A DNA stretch of 64,000 nt from Candidatus Zambryskiibacteriota bacterium. Its GTDB lineage: Bacteria > Patescibacteriota > Minisyncoccia > Phycocordibacterales > Zambryskibacteraceae. The position numbers and the translations under genes were made by a program. The notes beneath the pieces were generated by a model. That model worked only from the letters and a program-made list of their open reading frames with translations, was not told where the DNA came from and did no database searches. The stretch's first letter is position 1. The number at the start of each line of letters is the position of its first letter. The DNA lies in the NCBI GenBank assembly GCA_016180955.1, contig JACPAD010000001.1:8527-72526 (forward strand), given 5' to 3'. This document shows positions 35,484 to 44,430 of the stretch, piece by piece.

Positions 35484-36280
35484 ATTTTCTTAATAATTCT
35501 TAGTTTGGCATTGCGTGAGCGGGGGTTTCTCTTAACCTCTTCGGCGCTTGGGACAATAGGTTTTCTTTTCTCCCCTTTTTCTCTAAAGAAGTTCTTCACT
35601 ATCCGGTCTTCAAGGCTATGGAATGAAATTACCACCAGTCGTCCGCCAGGATTCAATATTTCCCATGCTTTCGATAATCCGACCTCTAATGCTGTCAGTT
35701 CGTCATTGACGGCAATGCGCAAAGCTTGGAAAACTTTTGTTGCCGGATGAATGCGGCCCTTTCTGTCTCCAACCACTTCAACCAGATCAAAGGTGGTCTC
35801 AAAAGGCTTAATTTCCCTTCGCCTTACAATCTCTCTGGCAATCTTTTTCGAGAACTTCTCTTCTCCGAAGCCGCGCAAGATGAGCTCAATGGCATGCTCA
35901 TCGAAGGAGTTTAAAATATCGGCTGCGGTAATGCCCTTGCCAGACATTCTCATGTCGAGCGGCTCGTCTTTCTGGAAGGAAAATCCTCTTCCCGCCCCGT
36001 CAGACGGGGCAAGTTGATCGCTCGAGATGCCGAGGTCGAAGAGAATGGCGTCTGGCCTCACATCTGCCAGAAGTTTGTCCAAGTCTTGGAAGTTGCCGGT
36101 AATATCGGCACCAGTTAGAGGATCTTGATCAATAGTGACGACTTTTACCTTCGGAAATTGTCTCAAGATTTCCTTACTGTGCCCGCCAGAGCCATATGTA
36201 GCATCTACGAACACTTCACCGTTCTTCAGATCCAAGCTCTCCACTACCTCGTGTAAAAGAACAGATTTATGTTTAGGCAT
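35480..36280 (-). CDS. rsmH: 16S rRNA m4C1402 methyltransferase
   Basis: HKSVLL, DATYGSGGHS, DLGISS, PLDMRM, FQALRIAVNDEL, FHSLEDR. Confidence 0.96.
   Translation of the reverse strand: MPKHKSVLLHEVVESLDLKNGEVFVDATYGSGGHSKEILRQFPKVKVVTIDQDPLTGADITGNFQDLDKLLADVRPDAILFDLGISSDQLAPSDGAGRGFSFQKDEPLDMRMSGKGITAADILNSFDEHAIELILRGFGEEKFSKKIAREIVRRREIKPFETTFDLVEVVGDRKGRIHPATKVFQALRIAVNDELTALEVGLSKAWEILNPGGRLVVISFHSLEDRIVKNFFREKGEKRKPIVPSAEEVKRNPRSRNAKLRIIKKI
35991..36013 (-). repeat. GC hairpin in frame in rsmH (LAPSDGAG)
   Basis: CTTGCCCCGTC-T-GACGGGGCGGG. Confidence 0.7.
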
Positions 36281-36668
36281 ATTCCGATTCGAGTTTTCTC
36301 CTGTAGCTAGCCCATTTCTTGTCATTCCAGATTTCCACTCGGTCATGGACGCCGGTGATGACAATGGGATTCTTCAAGTCTGCGAATTCCCGCAAGAATT
36401 CCGGAATGAGAATCCTGCCTATGGAGTCAATCTCGATTTCAGATGCACCCGCGAAAGTGAACCGCGCGAAGCGATGGTCAGTTTCTACGTGCCCGAGCTT
36501 CTTAACCTCTTCCGAGATCTGAAGCCAGGTCCTGTGGGGGTAGAGAAAAAGACAATGATCTTTGCCTCGAGTAACAACAACTTTTCTGCCGAGAGCTTTT
36601 CGGAATTTGGCAGGCAAAGAGAAACGATTCTTCTCGTCAACGATATGTGTGTACTCGCCGATAAACAT
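36273..36668 (-). CDS. mraZ: Transcriptional regulator MraZ
   Basis: MFIGEYTHIVDEKNRFSLP, DSIGRILIP, DRVEIW. Confidence 0.95.
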   Translation of the reverse strand: MFIGEYTHIVDEKNRFSLPAKFRKALGRKVVVTRGKDHCLFLYPHRTWLQISEEVKKLGHVETDHRFARFTFAGASEIEIDSIGRILIPEFLREFADLKNPIVITGVHDRVEIWNDKKWASYRRKLESEYA

Positions 36669-36683
36669 TGTGTTTTCATGATA

Positions 36684-36750
36684 CCACTATTTCCCACTCA
36701 CATACTATTCTATCCCACCTAGCTCCATCTTACTAGGCGAAAAAGCCACT
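36684..36750 (-). promoter_or_regulatory. MraZ-type GTGG(G) boxes, about 10-bp phased
   Basis: CCAC (plus strand) at 36684, 36694, 36715, 36746 and CCAT at 36725, upstream of mraZ. Confidence 0.6.
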
Positions 36751-36762
36751 TTTCCCTTCTTC

Positions 36763-36771
36763 TGTGGATAA
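36763..36771 (-). promoter_or_regulatory. Single DnaA-box consensus
   Basis: TGTGGATAA. Confidence 0.45.
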
Positions 36772-36815
36772 CTAAATATTAGATTCCCTCTATTATTAGA
36801 GCAAATTAAAAACTA

Positions 36816-38777
36816 TTAAATGTCAAGTACCGCTTTTTTGGCGTTGCTCTGGATGAAAGATTTACGGGACGGGACGTCGGTGCCCATGAGAACATCGAAG
36901 ATGCGGTCGGCCTCGCGAGCGTCATCGACGGTAACTTGTTTCAATATGCGTTTGGTTGGGTCCATGGTAGTTTCCCAAAGCTCGTCGGAATTCATTTCTC
37001 CTAAACCTTTGTAGCGCTGGATATCGGTGGTCTCTTTTATTTTATTTTTCTCGTCATCAGAGTAAGCATAGAAAAATTCTTTACCCTTCTTAATTTTATA
37101 GAGCGGCGGCTGGGCTATGTAGACATAACCTGCGTCGATAAGCGGGCGGAAGAATCTGTAGAGCAAAGTGAGAAGAAGGGTGCGTATGTGCGCGCCGTCG
37201 ACGTCGGCGTCTGTAGCGATAATAATTTTATGATAGCGAAGCTTTGTAATATCAAACGTGTCTCCGATAGCCGTGCCGAGAGCGACCACTAAATTTTTGA
37301 TTTGCTCTGATGCAAGCATGCGGTCGAGACGAGCTCGCTCGATATTTAAAATTTTGCCGCGTAAAGGCAGGATGGCCTGAATGCGCCTGTCGCGGCCCAT
37401 CTTAGCCGTACCGCCGGCCGAATCTCCCTCCACAATAAAGAGCTCCGACTCCTCTGCCGAGCGGCTCTGGCAGTCCGCGAGCTTGCCGGGGAGAGTCATA
37501 CCCTCGAGAGCCCCCTTACGCAGCACCGAGTCTTTAGCCGCCTTGGCGGCCTTACGGGCCTTCAAAGCCAATACTACTTTCTGAATCATGGCTCTAGCAT
37601 CGTCAGGATTTTCCTCAAGGAAGGCAGAGAAAGCGTCACCAAAGACGGTCGTCACCATGCCTTGCGCCTCTACCGAGCCAAGCTTAGCTTTAGTCTGACC
37701 TTCGAATTGAATCTCCTTTAATTTGATTGAGATCACGGCAGTCAGTCCTTCCAGCACGTCATCACCGGTGAAGTTGTCTTCTTTTTCACTGACCAAGTTA
37801 TTTTTGCGAGCATAATTGTTCAAGCTTCTGGTCAGGGCAGTTTTAAAGCCGGTTAAGTGGGTGCCGCCTTCGGCGGTGTAGATGTTGTTGGCGAATGGCA
37901 GAATACGAGAAGAAATATCGTCGACGTATTGAAGCGCTACCTCTACCATCTCAAAGTCGTTGCCATTAGCAGTCTTCTCGACATAGAAAATATTTTTGTG
38001 AATTGCTTTTTGATGCTCGTTCTCAAAGCGCACCAACGATATCAGACCGCCTTCGAAGTAGAAGGACATCGAAGGGGCATTAAGCCCCAGTTCGCGGATG
38101 TAAAAAACCTCTTTACTTGGAAATTGAGCTTCCAAGTTGCGTGCGTCGATGACAGAAATGCGCAAACCCTTTATCAGATAGGCTTGCTGGCGCATATGGG
38201 TAACGATGCGGTCAAAGTTGAAGTTAGTGTCTGGGAAGATAGCCGGGTCGGGTTGAAAAGTAATGATGGTGCCGTGGATTTTAGATGCACCGATTTTCTT
38301 GACTGCGCTTTTCCTCTTGCCTTGAGAATATTCTTGGACATAGACTCCGCCGTCGCGATGCACTTCGGCCCGACACCAAATCGAAAGGGCGTTCACTACC
38401 GAACCGCCGACACCGTGAAGACCGCCGGAGATTTTGTAACCCTCGCCGCCGAATTTCCCGCCAGCGTGCAAGGTGGTCATGATGGTTTCGAGAGCCGAGA
38501 CTTTGGTTTGCTTATGAATATCGACGGGTATGCCGCGGCCGTTGTCTGCCACACGGACGCGACTGTTGGGGAGAAGTGTGATTTCGATGTCGTTGGCGAA
38601 GCCGCCCATCGCCTCATCCCGGGAATTATCAAATATCTCGGTGACCAGATGATGTAAGCCATCTGGACCGGTAGTTCCTATATACATCCCCGGACGCTTC
38701 CTGACCGGCTCCAGACCCTCCAAAACGGTAATGGATTCCGCGCTGTAGCTGCCTGTCTTTGACTTCTTTTCTGCCAT
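36816..38777 (-). CDS. gyrB: DNA gyrase subunit B
   Basis: LEPVRKRPGMYIG, DNGRGIP, LHAGGKF, EGDSAGG, PLRGKILN, TDADVDG, YKGLGEM. Confidence 0.95.
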   Translation of the reverse strand: MAEKKSKTGSYSAESITVLEGLEPVRKRPGMYIGTTGPDGLHHLVTEIFDNSRDEAMGGFANDIEITLLPNSRVRVADNGRGIPVDIHKQTKVSALETIMTTLHAGGKFGGEGYKISGGLHGVGGSVVNALSIWCRAEVHRDGGVYVQEYSQGKRKSAVKKIGASKIHGTIITFQPDPAIFPDTNFNFDRIVTHMRQQAYLIKGLRISVIDARNLEAQFPSKEVFYIRELGLNAPSMSFYFEGGLISLVRFENEHQKAIHKNIFYVEKTANGNDFEMVEVALQYVDDISSRILPFANNIYTAEGGTHLTGFKTALTRSLNNYARKNNLVSEKEDNFTGDDVLEGLTAVISIKLKEIQFEGQTKAKLGSVEAQGMVTTVFGDAFSAFLEENPDDARAMIQKVVLALKARKAAKAAKDSVLRKGALEGMTLPGKLADCQSRSAEESELFIVEGDSAGGTAKMGRDRRIQAILPLRGKILNIERARLDRMLASEQIKNLVVALGTAIGDTFDITKLRYHKIIIATDADVDGAHIRTLLLTLLYRFFRPLIDAGYVYIAQPPLYKIKKGKEFFYAYSDDEKNKIKETTDIQRYKGLGEMNSDELWETTMDPTKRILKQVTVDDAREADRIFDVLMGTDVPSRKSFIQSNAKKAVLDI

Positions 38778-38850
38778 TTGGGTAACCTCTATTTTAGCAT
38801 ATTTAGAGCCCAAAAGAAAGACGTTTTCCCCAATTTTTACACTATCTAAT

Positions 38851-38886
38851 TACATCTATAGCTCACGGTCGTGTAAGATAGATGTA
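38851..38886. repeat. 36-bp palindrome upstream of PaaX-like gene
   Basis: TACATCTATAGCTCACGGTCGTGTAAGATAGATGTA. Confidence 0.75.
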
Positions 38887-39455
38887 TGGGTAAATTGGAA
38901 GAAAAAAGTAAGAGGAAGGCCAAACGTGGAGAAATCCAAAAGTTGATTTTGGAGGCCGTTAAATTTGCGGGAGTTTTAGGTGTCGGTCTGGTGGCGCCGA
39001 ATGTGATAAGCGCCATGCACAAGGCAGGCATTCTTACAATCAAGCGCCAAAGTGAGGTGGTAAGCTCCTCAGCTTCCAAACTGGCTAAAAAGGGCTGGCT
39101 CAAATTTAATGGCAAATTCTACGAATTGACGGAGGAGGGAGAAAGAAGACTAAGGCAATTTGAGTTTCAAGGATACAAACTTATCAAGCCGAAAAGATGG
39201 GATGGAAAGTGGCGAGTAATAATTTTTGATATTGCGGAAAAGAAGAGGACTGTGCGCGACCGCATCCGCCTCTTGCTCGTGTCAATCGGTTTCTATCGTC
39301 TTCAAGACAGTGTTTGGGTCTACCCTTACGACTGCGAAGATGTCATAGGCCTTTTAAAAACTGATTTCGGAGTCGGAAAAGACGTTCTGTATATGATTGT
39401 TGATGAAATTGAGAATGATAAGCGGCTTCGGGAAGAATTTGGTCTCCCTTATTAA
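38886..39455 (+). CDS. PaaX-like protein (winged helix plus Cas2-like central domain)
   Basis: YELTEEG; WDGKWRVIIFDI..K.R..RD..R..L..IGFYRLQDSVWVYP. Confidence 0.85.
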   Translation: MGKLEEKSKRKAKRGEIQKLILEAVKFAGVLGVGLVAPNVISAMHKAGILTIKRQSEVVSSSASKLAKKGWLKFNGKFYELTEEGERRLRQFEFQGYKLIKPKRWDGKWRVIIFDIAEKKRTVRDRIRLLLVSIGFYRLQDSVWVYPYDCEDVIGLLKTDFGVGKDVLYMIVDEIENDKRLREEFGLPY

Positions 39456-39479
39456 TTTTTTATTCTTATATAACTCATT

Positions 39480-39515
39480 TACATTTATGAATAACGGTCG
39501 TTATAATTAGATGTA
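39480..39515. repeat. 36-bp palindrome downstream of PaaX-like gene
   Basis: TACATTTATGAATAACGGTCGTTATAATTAGATGTA. Confidence 0.75.
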
Positions 39516-39548
39516 GGTAGTTTAAATGATTGTTTATTAAATTTAATT

Positions 39549-39580
39549 AAAAAAACGACCGCCCGGTGGTGGCCGGGCGG
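39549..39580 (-). terminator. Intrinsic terminator of orphan gene
   Basis: CCGCCCGG stem with T7 tail on minus strand. Confidence 0.7.
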
Positions 39581-39596
39581 CGGGGTGCGGGGTGGG

Positions 39597-39827
39597 TTAT
39601 TGAGAGAAGTCGGTGCCTTCATCCTTGATAACCTGGCCGGCGGATGCGACCGCTTTCTTCTCGAGCTCGGAGAGTCCTTGCTTGAGAACTGCCTGCACGG
39701 CCTCTCGCATGTCGAGTTGACAGTGGCCGCAGTTACAACCATGATCGCCCTGCCAGTGTCGTCTCTGCTGGTCTCGAAATGCCAGAAACATCACATCGCT
39801 CAATTGAGCCACATCTCTTACATCCAT
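39597..39827 (-). CDS. Small orphan protein with HxCxCxxC motif
   Basis: SD GGAGG, promoter TAGACA-17-TAGGAT, terminator; DHGCNCGHC. Confidence 0.65.
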   Translation of the reverse strand: MDVRDVAQLSDVMFLAFRDQQRRHWQGDHGCNCGHCQLDMREAVQAVLKQGLSELEKKAVASAGQVIKDEGTDFSQ

Positions 39828-39868
39828 ATTTCCTCCACTATCATCCTACATTCAAATACTGTGTATGT

Positions 39869-41011
39869 CTATACCCGTCGAATTACGGCATTGAAATCGG
39901 ATTCGGTTCGATTTTCCAGTTCCGCATGGACTTTATTTACTTCCTCGTTGGTAAGTGTTCTCTCGAGATGGCGATATGTGATGCGGAAGGTGTAACTCAA
40001 CTTCCCCGCCCCAAACTTCTCCGCGTTCTCATATTTATCTAAGAGCTCGACTTGTTCTATCAAATCTCCGCCAATGTCGCGAATCAGGTCGAAATAGTCG
40101 TTTGGTATGAAAGTGTTGGGGACGATGAAAGAGATGTCGCGCGTGACCGGCGGGAATTTGGAAACTTCTTTATACTTATGACCGAGCTTGAGTTGCTTTC
40201 TAACTCGCTCGTCATTAGACCAAAGGAGGCGAATGTCGGGCAGGTCCATCGAGGCCATAGCCAAGCGCTCAAGGCCGAAGCCGAACGCCCAGCCGTTATA
40301 ACCTTCCAAGCCGAAGTTCTTCAAAACACTTTTTCTTGGCAGGCCAGAACCAAGCATCTCCATCCATACCCCATTGATATATGCCTCCATCTCATAGGAA
40401 GGGTCGGTGTACGGGAACTGGTGGTCGTAGAAACGGAACTCTACATCGGCGCCGAAAATGGCTCGGGCAATCTCTGACAAAACATTTTTTAAATTTTCCG
40501 GTGTAACCGTCTGTTTATTGTCCGGCGCAAGATAGAGTCCGCCAATCTGGTGGAAGACGTTCATGTGCCGGTTATCAATCTCGTCCTTTCTGTAGACCTT
40601 GCCGTGGCAAATAGCGCCGAAAGCTTGGCCTTTGGCGACTCTTCCTTTAATTAACGGATGATTGAGATAGTAGTACCAGAAAACGGTGTCATGCGTACGC
40701 AAGACATTTTCCTCATTAACATAATAAGTATCTGACTTGCTCCTAGCGGGATGGCCTTCCGGCATGTTGAAAAGGTCAAAAAGAATAGGAACCGGAATGA
40801 TTTCCGGCACCTTGATGACATCAAACCCTTCCAAACTTTTGACTTTAAGCGTCCTGTCCACAATTTCTTTAAGTGGGCTACCCTCGGTGCGGGAAAGATC
40901 GGGTAGATTCAAAAAACGCTTGAGCCGTTCGGCTTCAGTATCGTGCCTCTGGTCAAGTTCAGCCAAGAGCTCCTTTTCTTCCCTGCTCTGTATGACTATA
41001 TTTTCTGACAT
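39869..41011 (-). CDS. pheS: Monomeric phenylalanine--tRNA ligase (alpha catalytic domain fused to FDX-ACB)
   Basis: HPARSKSDTYY, LRTH, GKVYRKDEID, FHQ, FPYTDPSYE, AFGFGLERLAM; C-terminal FPPVTRDISF...YRHLERTLT. Confidence 0.93.
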   Translation of the reverse strand: MSENIVIQSREEKELLAELDQRHDTEAERLKRFLNLPDLSRTEGSPLKEIVDRTLKVKSLEGFDVIKVPEIIPVPILFDLFNMPEGHPARSKSDTYYVNEENVLRTHDTVFWYYYLNHPLIKGRVAKGQAFGAICHGKVYRKDEIDNRHMNVFHQIGGLYLAPDNKQTVTPENLKNVLSEIARAIFGADVEFRFYDHQFPYTDPSYEMEAYINGVWMEMLGSGLPRKSVLKNFGLEGYNGWAFGFGLERLAMASMDLPDIRLLWSNDERVRKQLKLGHKYKEVSKFPPVTRDISFIVPNTFIPNDYFDLIRDIGGDLIEQVELLDKYENAEKFGAGKLSYTFRITYRHLERTLTNEEVNKVHAELENRTESDFNAVIRRV

Positions 41012-41047
41012 CGTCTTATATGCTATGGTATAGTGGATTTTACTGCA

Positions 41048-42295
41048 ATGCCGGACTTCCATTTACTTATTCTTTATTGCTCGCTTTTCATCTCGCTTTT
41101 CTTCGAAGTGTTTCTTCTCATCACTTACCTAGAAGTGAAAGAAGAGATTAAAAGCGAGGACGAAAGGATGAAGAAAAGCTTCTCGAACTATCCGACCGTA
41201 ACCATTATTGTCCCCTGTTTCAATGAAGAAAAGACCGTAAGGGCGACGGTCGAGTCGCTTTTAAATCTCAACTATCCTAGAGCCTTGCTCTCTCTCGTTC
41301 TCGTCAATGACGGCTCAACTGATAATACCCTCCGAGTTCTCAATCAGTTTAATGACTATCCGCAAGTCAAAGTTTTAGACAAAGAAAACGGCGGCAAGCA
41401 TACAGCTGTGAATCTCGCATTAGAGTCTGTAACTACGGAACTAGTCGGTTGTCTTGATGCTGATTCCTTCGTTACCCCCGAGGCTCTTAAAAAAATTGTT
41501 CCCTATTTTGAAGAAAAAACCGTCATGGCGGTTACCCCGTCCATTAAAGTCCATGAACCGAAGAATATTCTCCAGTACATCCAGCGAACCGAGTATAGCT
41601 GGTCGATCTTCCTGCGCCGGATGCTCTCCTCTATGGGAGCGCTGTATGTCACGCCGGGACCGTTCTCTATCTTCCGCACCAGAGTGTTCTGCGAACTGGG
41701 TAGCTACCACCACGCTCATATGACAGAAGATATGGAAATAGCCCTGCGCATGCAGAAGCATCATTATAAAATCGTTAATTCCCACAGCGCGCATGTCTAC
41801 ACCATCACGCCGAATACGTTAAAGGGCCTCATCAAGCAGAGAGCGCGCTGGGCTTACGGCTTTATCAACAACGGCATAGATTACAAAGAGCTCTTCTTCA
41901 ACAAAAAGTACGGGCATATCGGCATGTTCATCCTTCCTATCGCCACTTTTTCCATCTTCTCGGCTATCTTTATGGTCAGCCATGTACTGTGGGGTTGGAT
42001 AGAGGAAGCGTCTCAAATGCTGAACCGATTCCAAGCAGTCGGCTTCAATTGGAAACTCTCTTGGCCGTCATTTGACTGGTACTTTATCAACACCGGTGTT
42101 CTTCCCCTCATCGTCATTACCGCTGTCGGCTTAACACTCTTTATCCTCTATCTCTCGCTCAAACTAGCTGACGGTAAATTCAAGCTTCATAAAGGTATCT
42201 TCTACTACCTTTTCCTTTATACCTTTATGGTGCCCCTCTGGTTAATAAAAGCGCTTTTTGACACAGTCTTTAAAAGAAAAGTAAGTTGGCGATAA
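41048..42295 (+). CDS. GT2 processive glycosyltransferase (IcaA/PgaC-like)
   Basis: VPCFNEE, NDGSTD, LDAD, TED, QRARW; flanking TM helices. Confidence 0.9.
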   Translation: MPDFHLLILYCSLFISLFFEVFLLITYLEVKEEIKSEDERMKKSFSNYPTVTIIVPCFNEEKTVRATVESLLNLNYPRALLSLVLVNDGSTDNTLRVLNQFNDYPQVKVLDKENGGKHTAVNLALESVTTELVGCLDADSFVTPEALKKIVPYFEEKTVMAVTPSIKVHEPKNILQYIQRTEYSWSIFLRRMLSSMGALYVTPGPFSIFRTRVFCELGSYHHAHMTEDMEIALRMQKHHYKIVNSHSAHVYTITPNTLKGLIKQRARWAYGFINNGIDYKELFFNKKYGHIGMFILPIATFSIFSAIFMVSHVLWGWIEEASQMLNRFQAVGFNWKLSWPSFDWYFINTGVLPLIVITAVGLTLFILYLSLKLADGKFKLHKGIFYYLFLYTFMVPLWLIKALFDTVFKRKVSWR

Positions 42296-42302
42296 AAGCT
42301 CC

Positions 42303-42401
42303 GCAAATATAGCCCAGAAAACCGCGCTATCATTTCTTGCTAGAAATGCACGCTCCACTCGCACCGTCGCGCTCCATGACGCTTTTCTGCCCTACATTTG
42401 C
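42303..42401. repeat. About 100-nt structured intergenic element with imperfect terminal inverted repeats
   Basis: GCAAATATAGCCCAGAAAA...TTTTCTGCCCTACATTTGC; inner CATTTCT/AGAAATG. Confidence 0.55.
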
Positions 42402-42420
42402 TCCGCTACGTTTTAATACA

Positions 42421-42458
42421 AAAAGAAACGCCGGCGCAGGATAGGTCCGCGCCGGACG
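42421..42458 (-). terminator. Intrinsic terminator of orphan gene
   Basis: CCGGCGC stem followed by TTTCTTTT on minus strand. Confidence 0.65.
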
Positions 42459-42467
42459 TTGTGAGAG

Positions 42468-42641
42468 TTAGTTGTGAGATGTGATGAGTTTTCGGCACAT
42501 CCGCTTCAGCCACCACCAGGTCGGAATGCCGAAGACAATCATCATATAGACTGCCAACGGCCAGTAGCCCAAGTTGTCTGCGGAATGGGCAAGTTGTTCT
42601 GGAGAAAGGGGTGGTGGCAAACTGCCAATTGCAGAGATCAT
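42468..42641 (-). CDS. 57-aa single-TM orphan protein (not in ORF track)
   Basis: SD AGGAGG; MISAIGSLPPPLSPEQ...YWPLAVYMMIVFGIPTWWWLKRMCRK; TTGACA-17-TATCGT upstream. Confidence 0.65.
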   Translation of the reverse strand: MISAIGSLPPPLSPEQLAHSADNLGYWPLAVYMMIVFGIPTWWWLKRMCRKLITSHN

Positions 42642-42728
42642 ATAGCCTCCTGTATTTACGATAAACTAGATTTATGATATTGTCAACACGCTTTATTCGT
42701 ATCATTCGATATAATTCGTAAGATTCTT

Positions 42729-43397
42729 ATGGTTGATTCGAAGAAATATCTAGTGGCTTTTATTATTACCGCACTCATCTTTGGCACGGCTGTTTTGGCA
42801 AGCTCACTCTTGACCAATAAAAAGGTCAAAGACGTACGTGCTATTGAAAATAGAGTGGCTCTTGACATCCTTTCCTCCGAAACCCAATTTGCTCTCTTGG
42901 CCGAGACTTCCTGCCGCGACATCGGGCCCGGATTTTTATCTAAAGAATTAGGACCTCTAGGCGAAAAGCTCTCTTATGCCGAGAACTCGACTGGCTTTAA
43001 TACCGAAGATGTTGAATCCCTTAAGCGCTCATACTTTCTCCTTGAAATCAAAGATTATCTTCTGATGAAGCGCCTGACAGAGAAATGTAATATCAAACCG
43101 ACCTTTATCCTCTACTTCTATTCGACTGAAGATAAATGCGAGGATTGTGAACGCATGGGTTACGTCCTTACTGCGCTCCGCGACAAATATCCGGACCTGC
43201 GCGTTTACTCTTTCGATTATCACTATGACCTCGGCGCCATCCAGACTCTTACTTCTATCTATAAGGTCAAGTTCGAGTTGCCCGCACTCATCATAAATGG
43301 TGCACCGTATTATGGTTTCAAATCAGTCGAGGAGTTGGAAACCTCAATCCCAGCTCTAAGCTCACGACAAGCTGCTACCTCGACCCCAAACAGATAA
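42729..43397 (+). CDS. Membrane-anchored thioredoxin-like protein
   Basis: TM helix; ILYFYS..CEDC; VYSFD; LPALII. Confidence 0.75.
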   Translation: MVDSKKYLVAFIITALIFGTAVLASSLLTNKKVKDVRAIENRVALDILSSETQFALLAETSCRDIGPGFLSKELGPLGEKLSYAENSTGFNTEDVESLKRSYFLLEIKDYLLMKRLTEKCNIKPTFILYFYSTEDKCEDCERMGYVLTALRDKYPDLRVYSFDYHYDLGAIQTLTSIYKVKFELPALIINGAPYYGFKSVEELETSIPALSSRQAATSTPNR

Positions 43398-43399
43398 TG

Positions 43400-43470
43400 A
43401 GCCGACGAGGTGAATCGGACACCTGTATGCGGTTTACAAAACCGCTGCTCTACCACTGAGCTACGTCGGC
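43400..43470 (-). tRNA. tRNA-Thr(TGT)
   Basis: GCCGACG/CGTCGGC acceptor; GCGGT-TTTGTAA-ACCGC; AGGTG-TCCGATT-CACCT. Confidence 0.92.
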
Positions 43471-43490
43471 GACGCGATTAATATAACACA

Positions 43491-43976
43491 TTACTCTTGC
43501 TCTATCACAACAATCCTTTTCTTTCTTGGAGTGGATCTTTTTCCGACAATTTCCTCGGCTGGAATTGTTATTTCCTCTGCCCTCTCTTCATAAACGTCGT
43601 GGAGCTCGCCATTGCCCTTCTCTATATCGGAAATGTTTTTGAAAAATTCAGAAATGCCTTCAGACTTTTTTAAAAGCCGCGCATTCCTCATGTTTCCCGC
43701 GTATTTTTCCGAAATCTCTTTGATATAGGCTATAAATTTATTCCAGAAGTTTTTGGCTCGCATTGGCAGCTGCTTCTTGATCCAAAAGGCAGTCAGCTCC
43801 TTACCTTCCGAATATAAGCGCAATACCTTGTGGTGATAATTTCTTATGCGCTCGTCTCCGCGCGAAATCAGTTTAAGAAAAAAGACACTCGTCTTTTTTC
43901 TCTCCTCAAGTCTCTTGCTGACGAAGAGTGTTGCCAAAACCAGTCCCGAAAAAGTAAAGAGAGTGAACGAAAACAT
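43491..43976 (-). CDS. Hypothetical membrane-anchored protein
   Basis: N-terminal TM (MFSFTLF...), directly after tsf. Confidence 0.65.
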   Translation of the reverse strand: MFSFTLFTFSGLVLATLFVSKRLEERKKTSVFFLKLISRGDERIRNYHHKVLRLYSEGKELTAFWIKKQLPMRAKNFWNKFIAYIKEISEKYAGNMRNARLLKKSEGISEFFKNISDIEKGNGELHDVYEERAEEITIPAEEIVGKRSTPRKKRIVVIEQE

Positions 43977-43977
43977 C

Positions 43978-44430
43978 CTAATTGATAGAGTAACGTACAA
44001 AACGGCCCACCTCGGTGCGTTCGCCGAATTTCTGTATGGTGCCGTTGACGAGGTCGCCCACAGTCTCGCCACTGCCTTTGATAAACGGTTGGCCTAAGAG
44101 TTCGCCGACGTCAACCGGAGACATGGCGGCGATATGCATGGCGATATTCTTCGCCACTGATTTGAATTCCAGAGACTTCGCTACGAAGTCTGTCTCACAG
44201 AGAAGTTCTACCATGGCCCCCACACAGTCTCCCGTGTGAATATAAGAGGAGACTACTCCCGCGCCTAAAATACGGTCCGCTTTCTTCGCCGCTATAGCTG
44301 CACCTTTTTCTCTAAGAATATTGATGGCCTTGGCCTTGTCGCCTAGGGCCTCTTCAAGCGCCTTCTGGCACTGCATGATGGAAAGGCCCGTCTCTTCCCT
44401 AAGCTGTTTAATCTGTTCTGTTGATATCAT
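43978..44430 (-). CDS. tsf: Elongation factor Ts (short form)
   Basis: IKQLREETG, ELLCETDFVA, AMHIAA. Confidence 0.94.
   Translation of the reverse strand: MISTEQIKQLREETGLSIMQCQKALEEALGDKAKAINILREKGAAIAAKKADRILGAGVVSSYIHTGDCVGAMVELLCETDFVAKSLEFKSVAKNIAMHIAAMSPVDVGELLGQPFIKGSGETVGDLVNGTIQKFGERTEVGRFVRYSIN

Noticed and set aside
36763..36771. Replication origin near gyrB
   Set aside because: Single DnaA box, no cluster and no dnaA/dnaN in the window
38886..39515. CRISPR-Cas locus
   Set aside because: Cas2-like domain is part of a PaaX-like protein; only two divergent repeats, no spacers, no cas1
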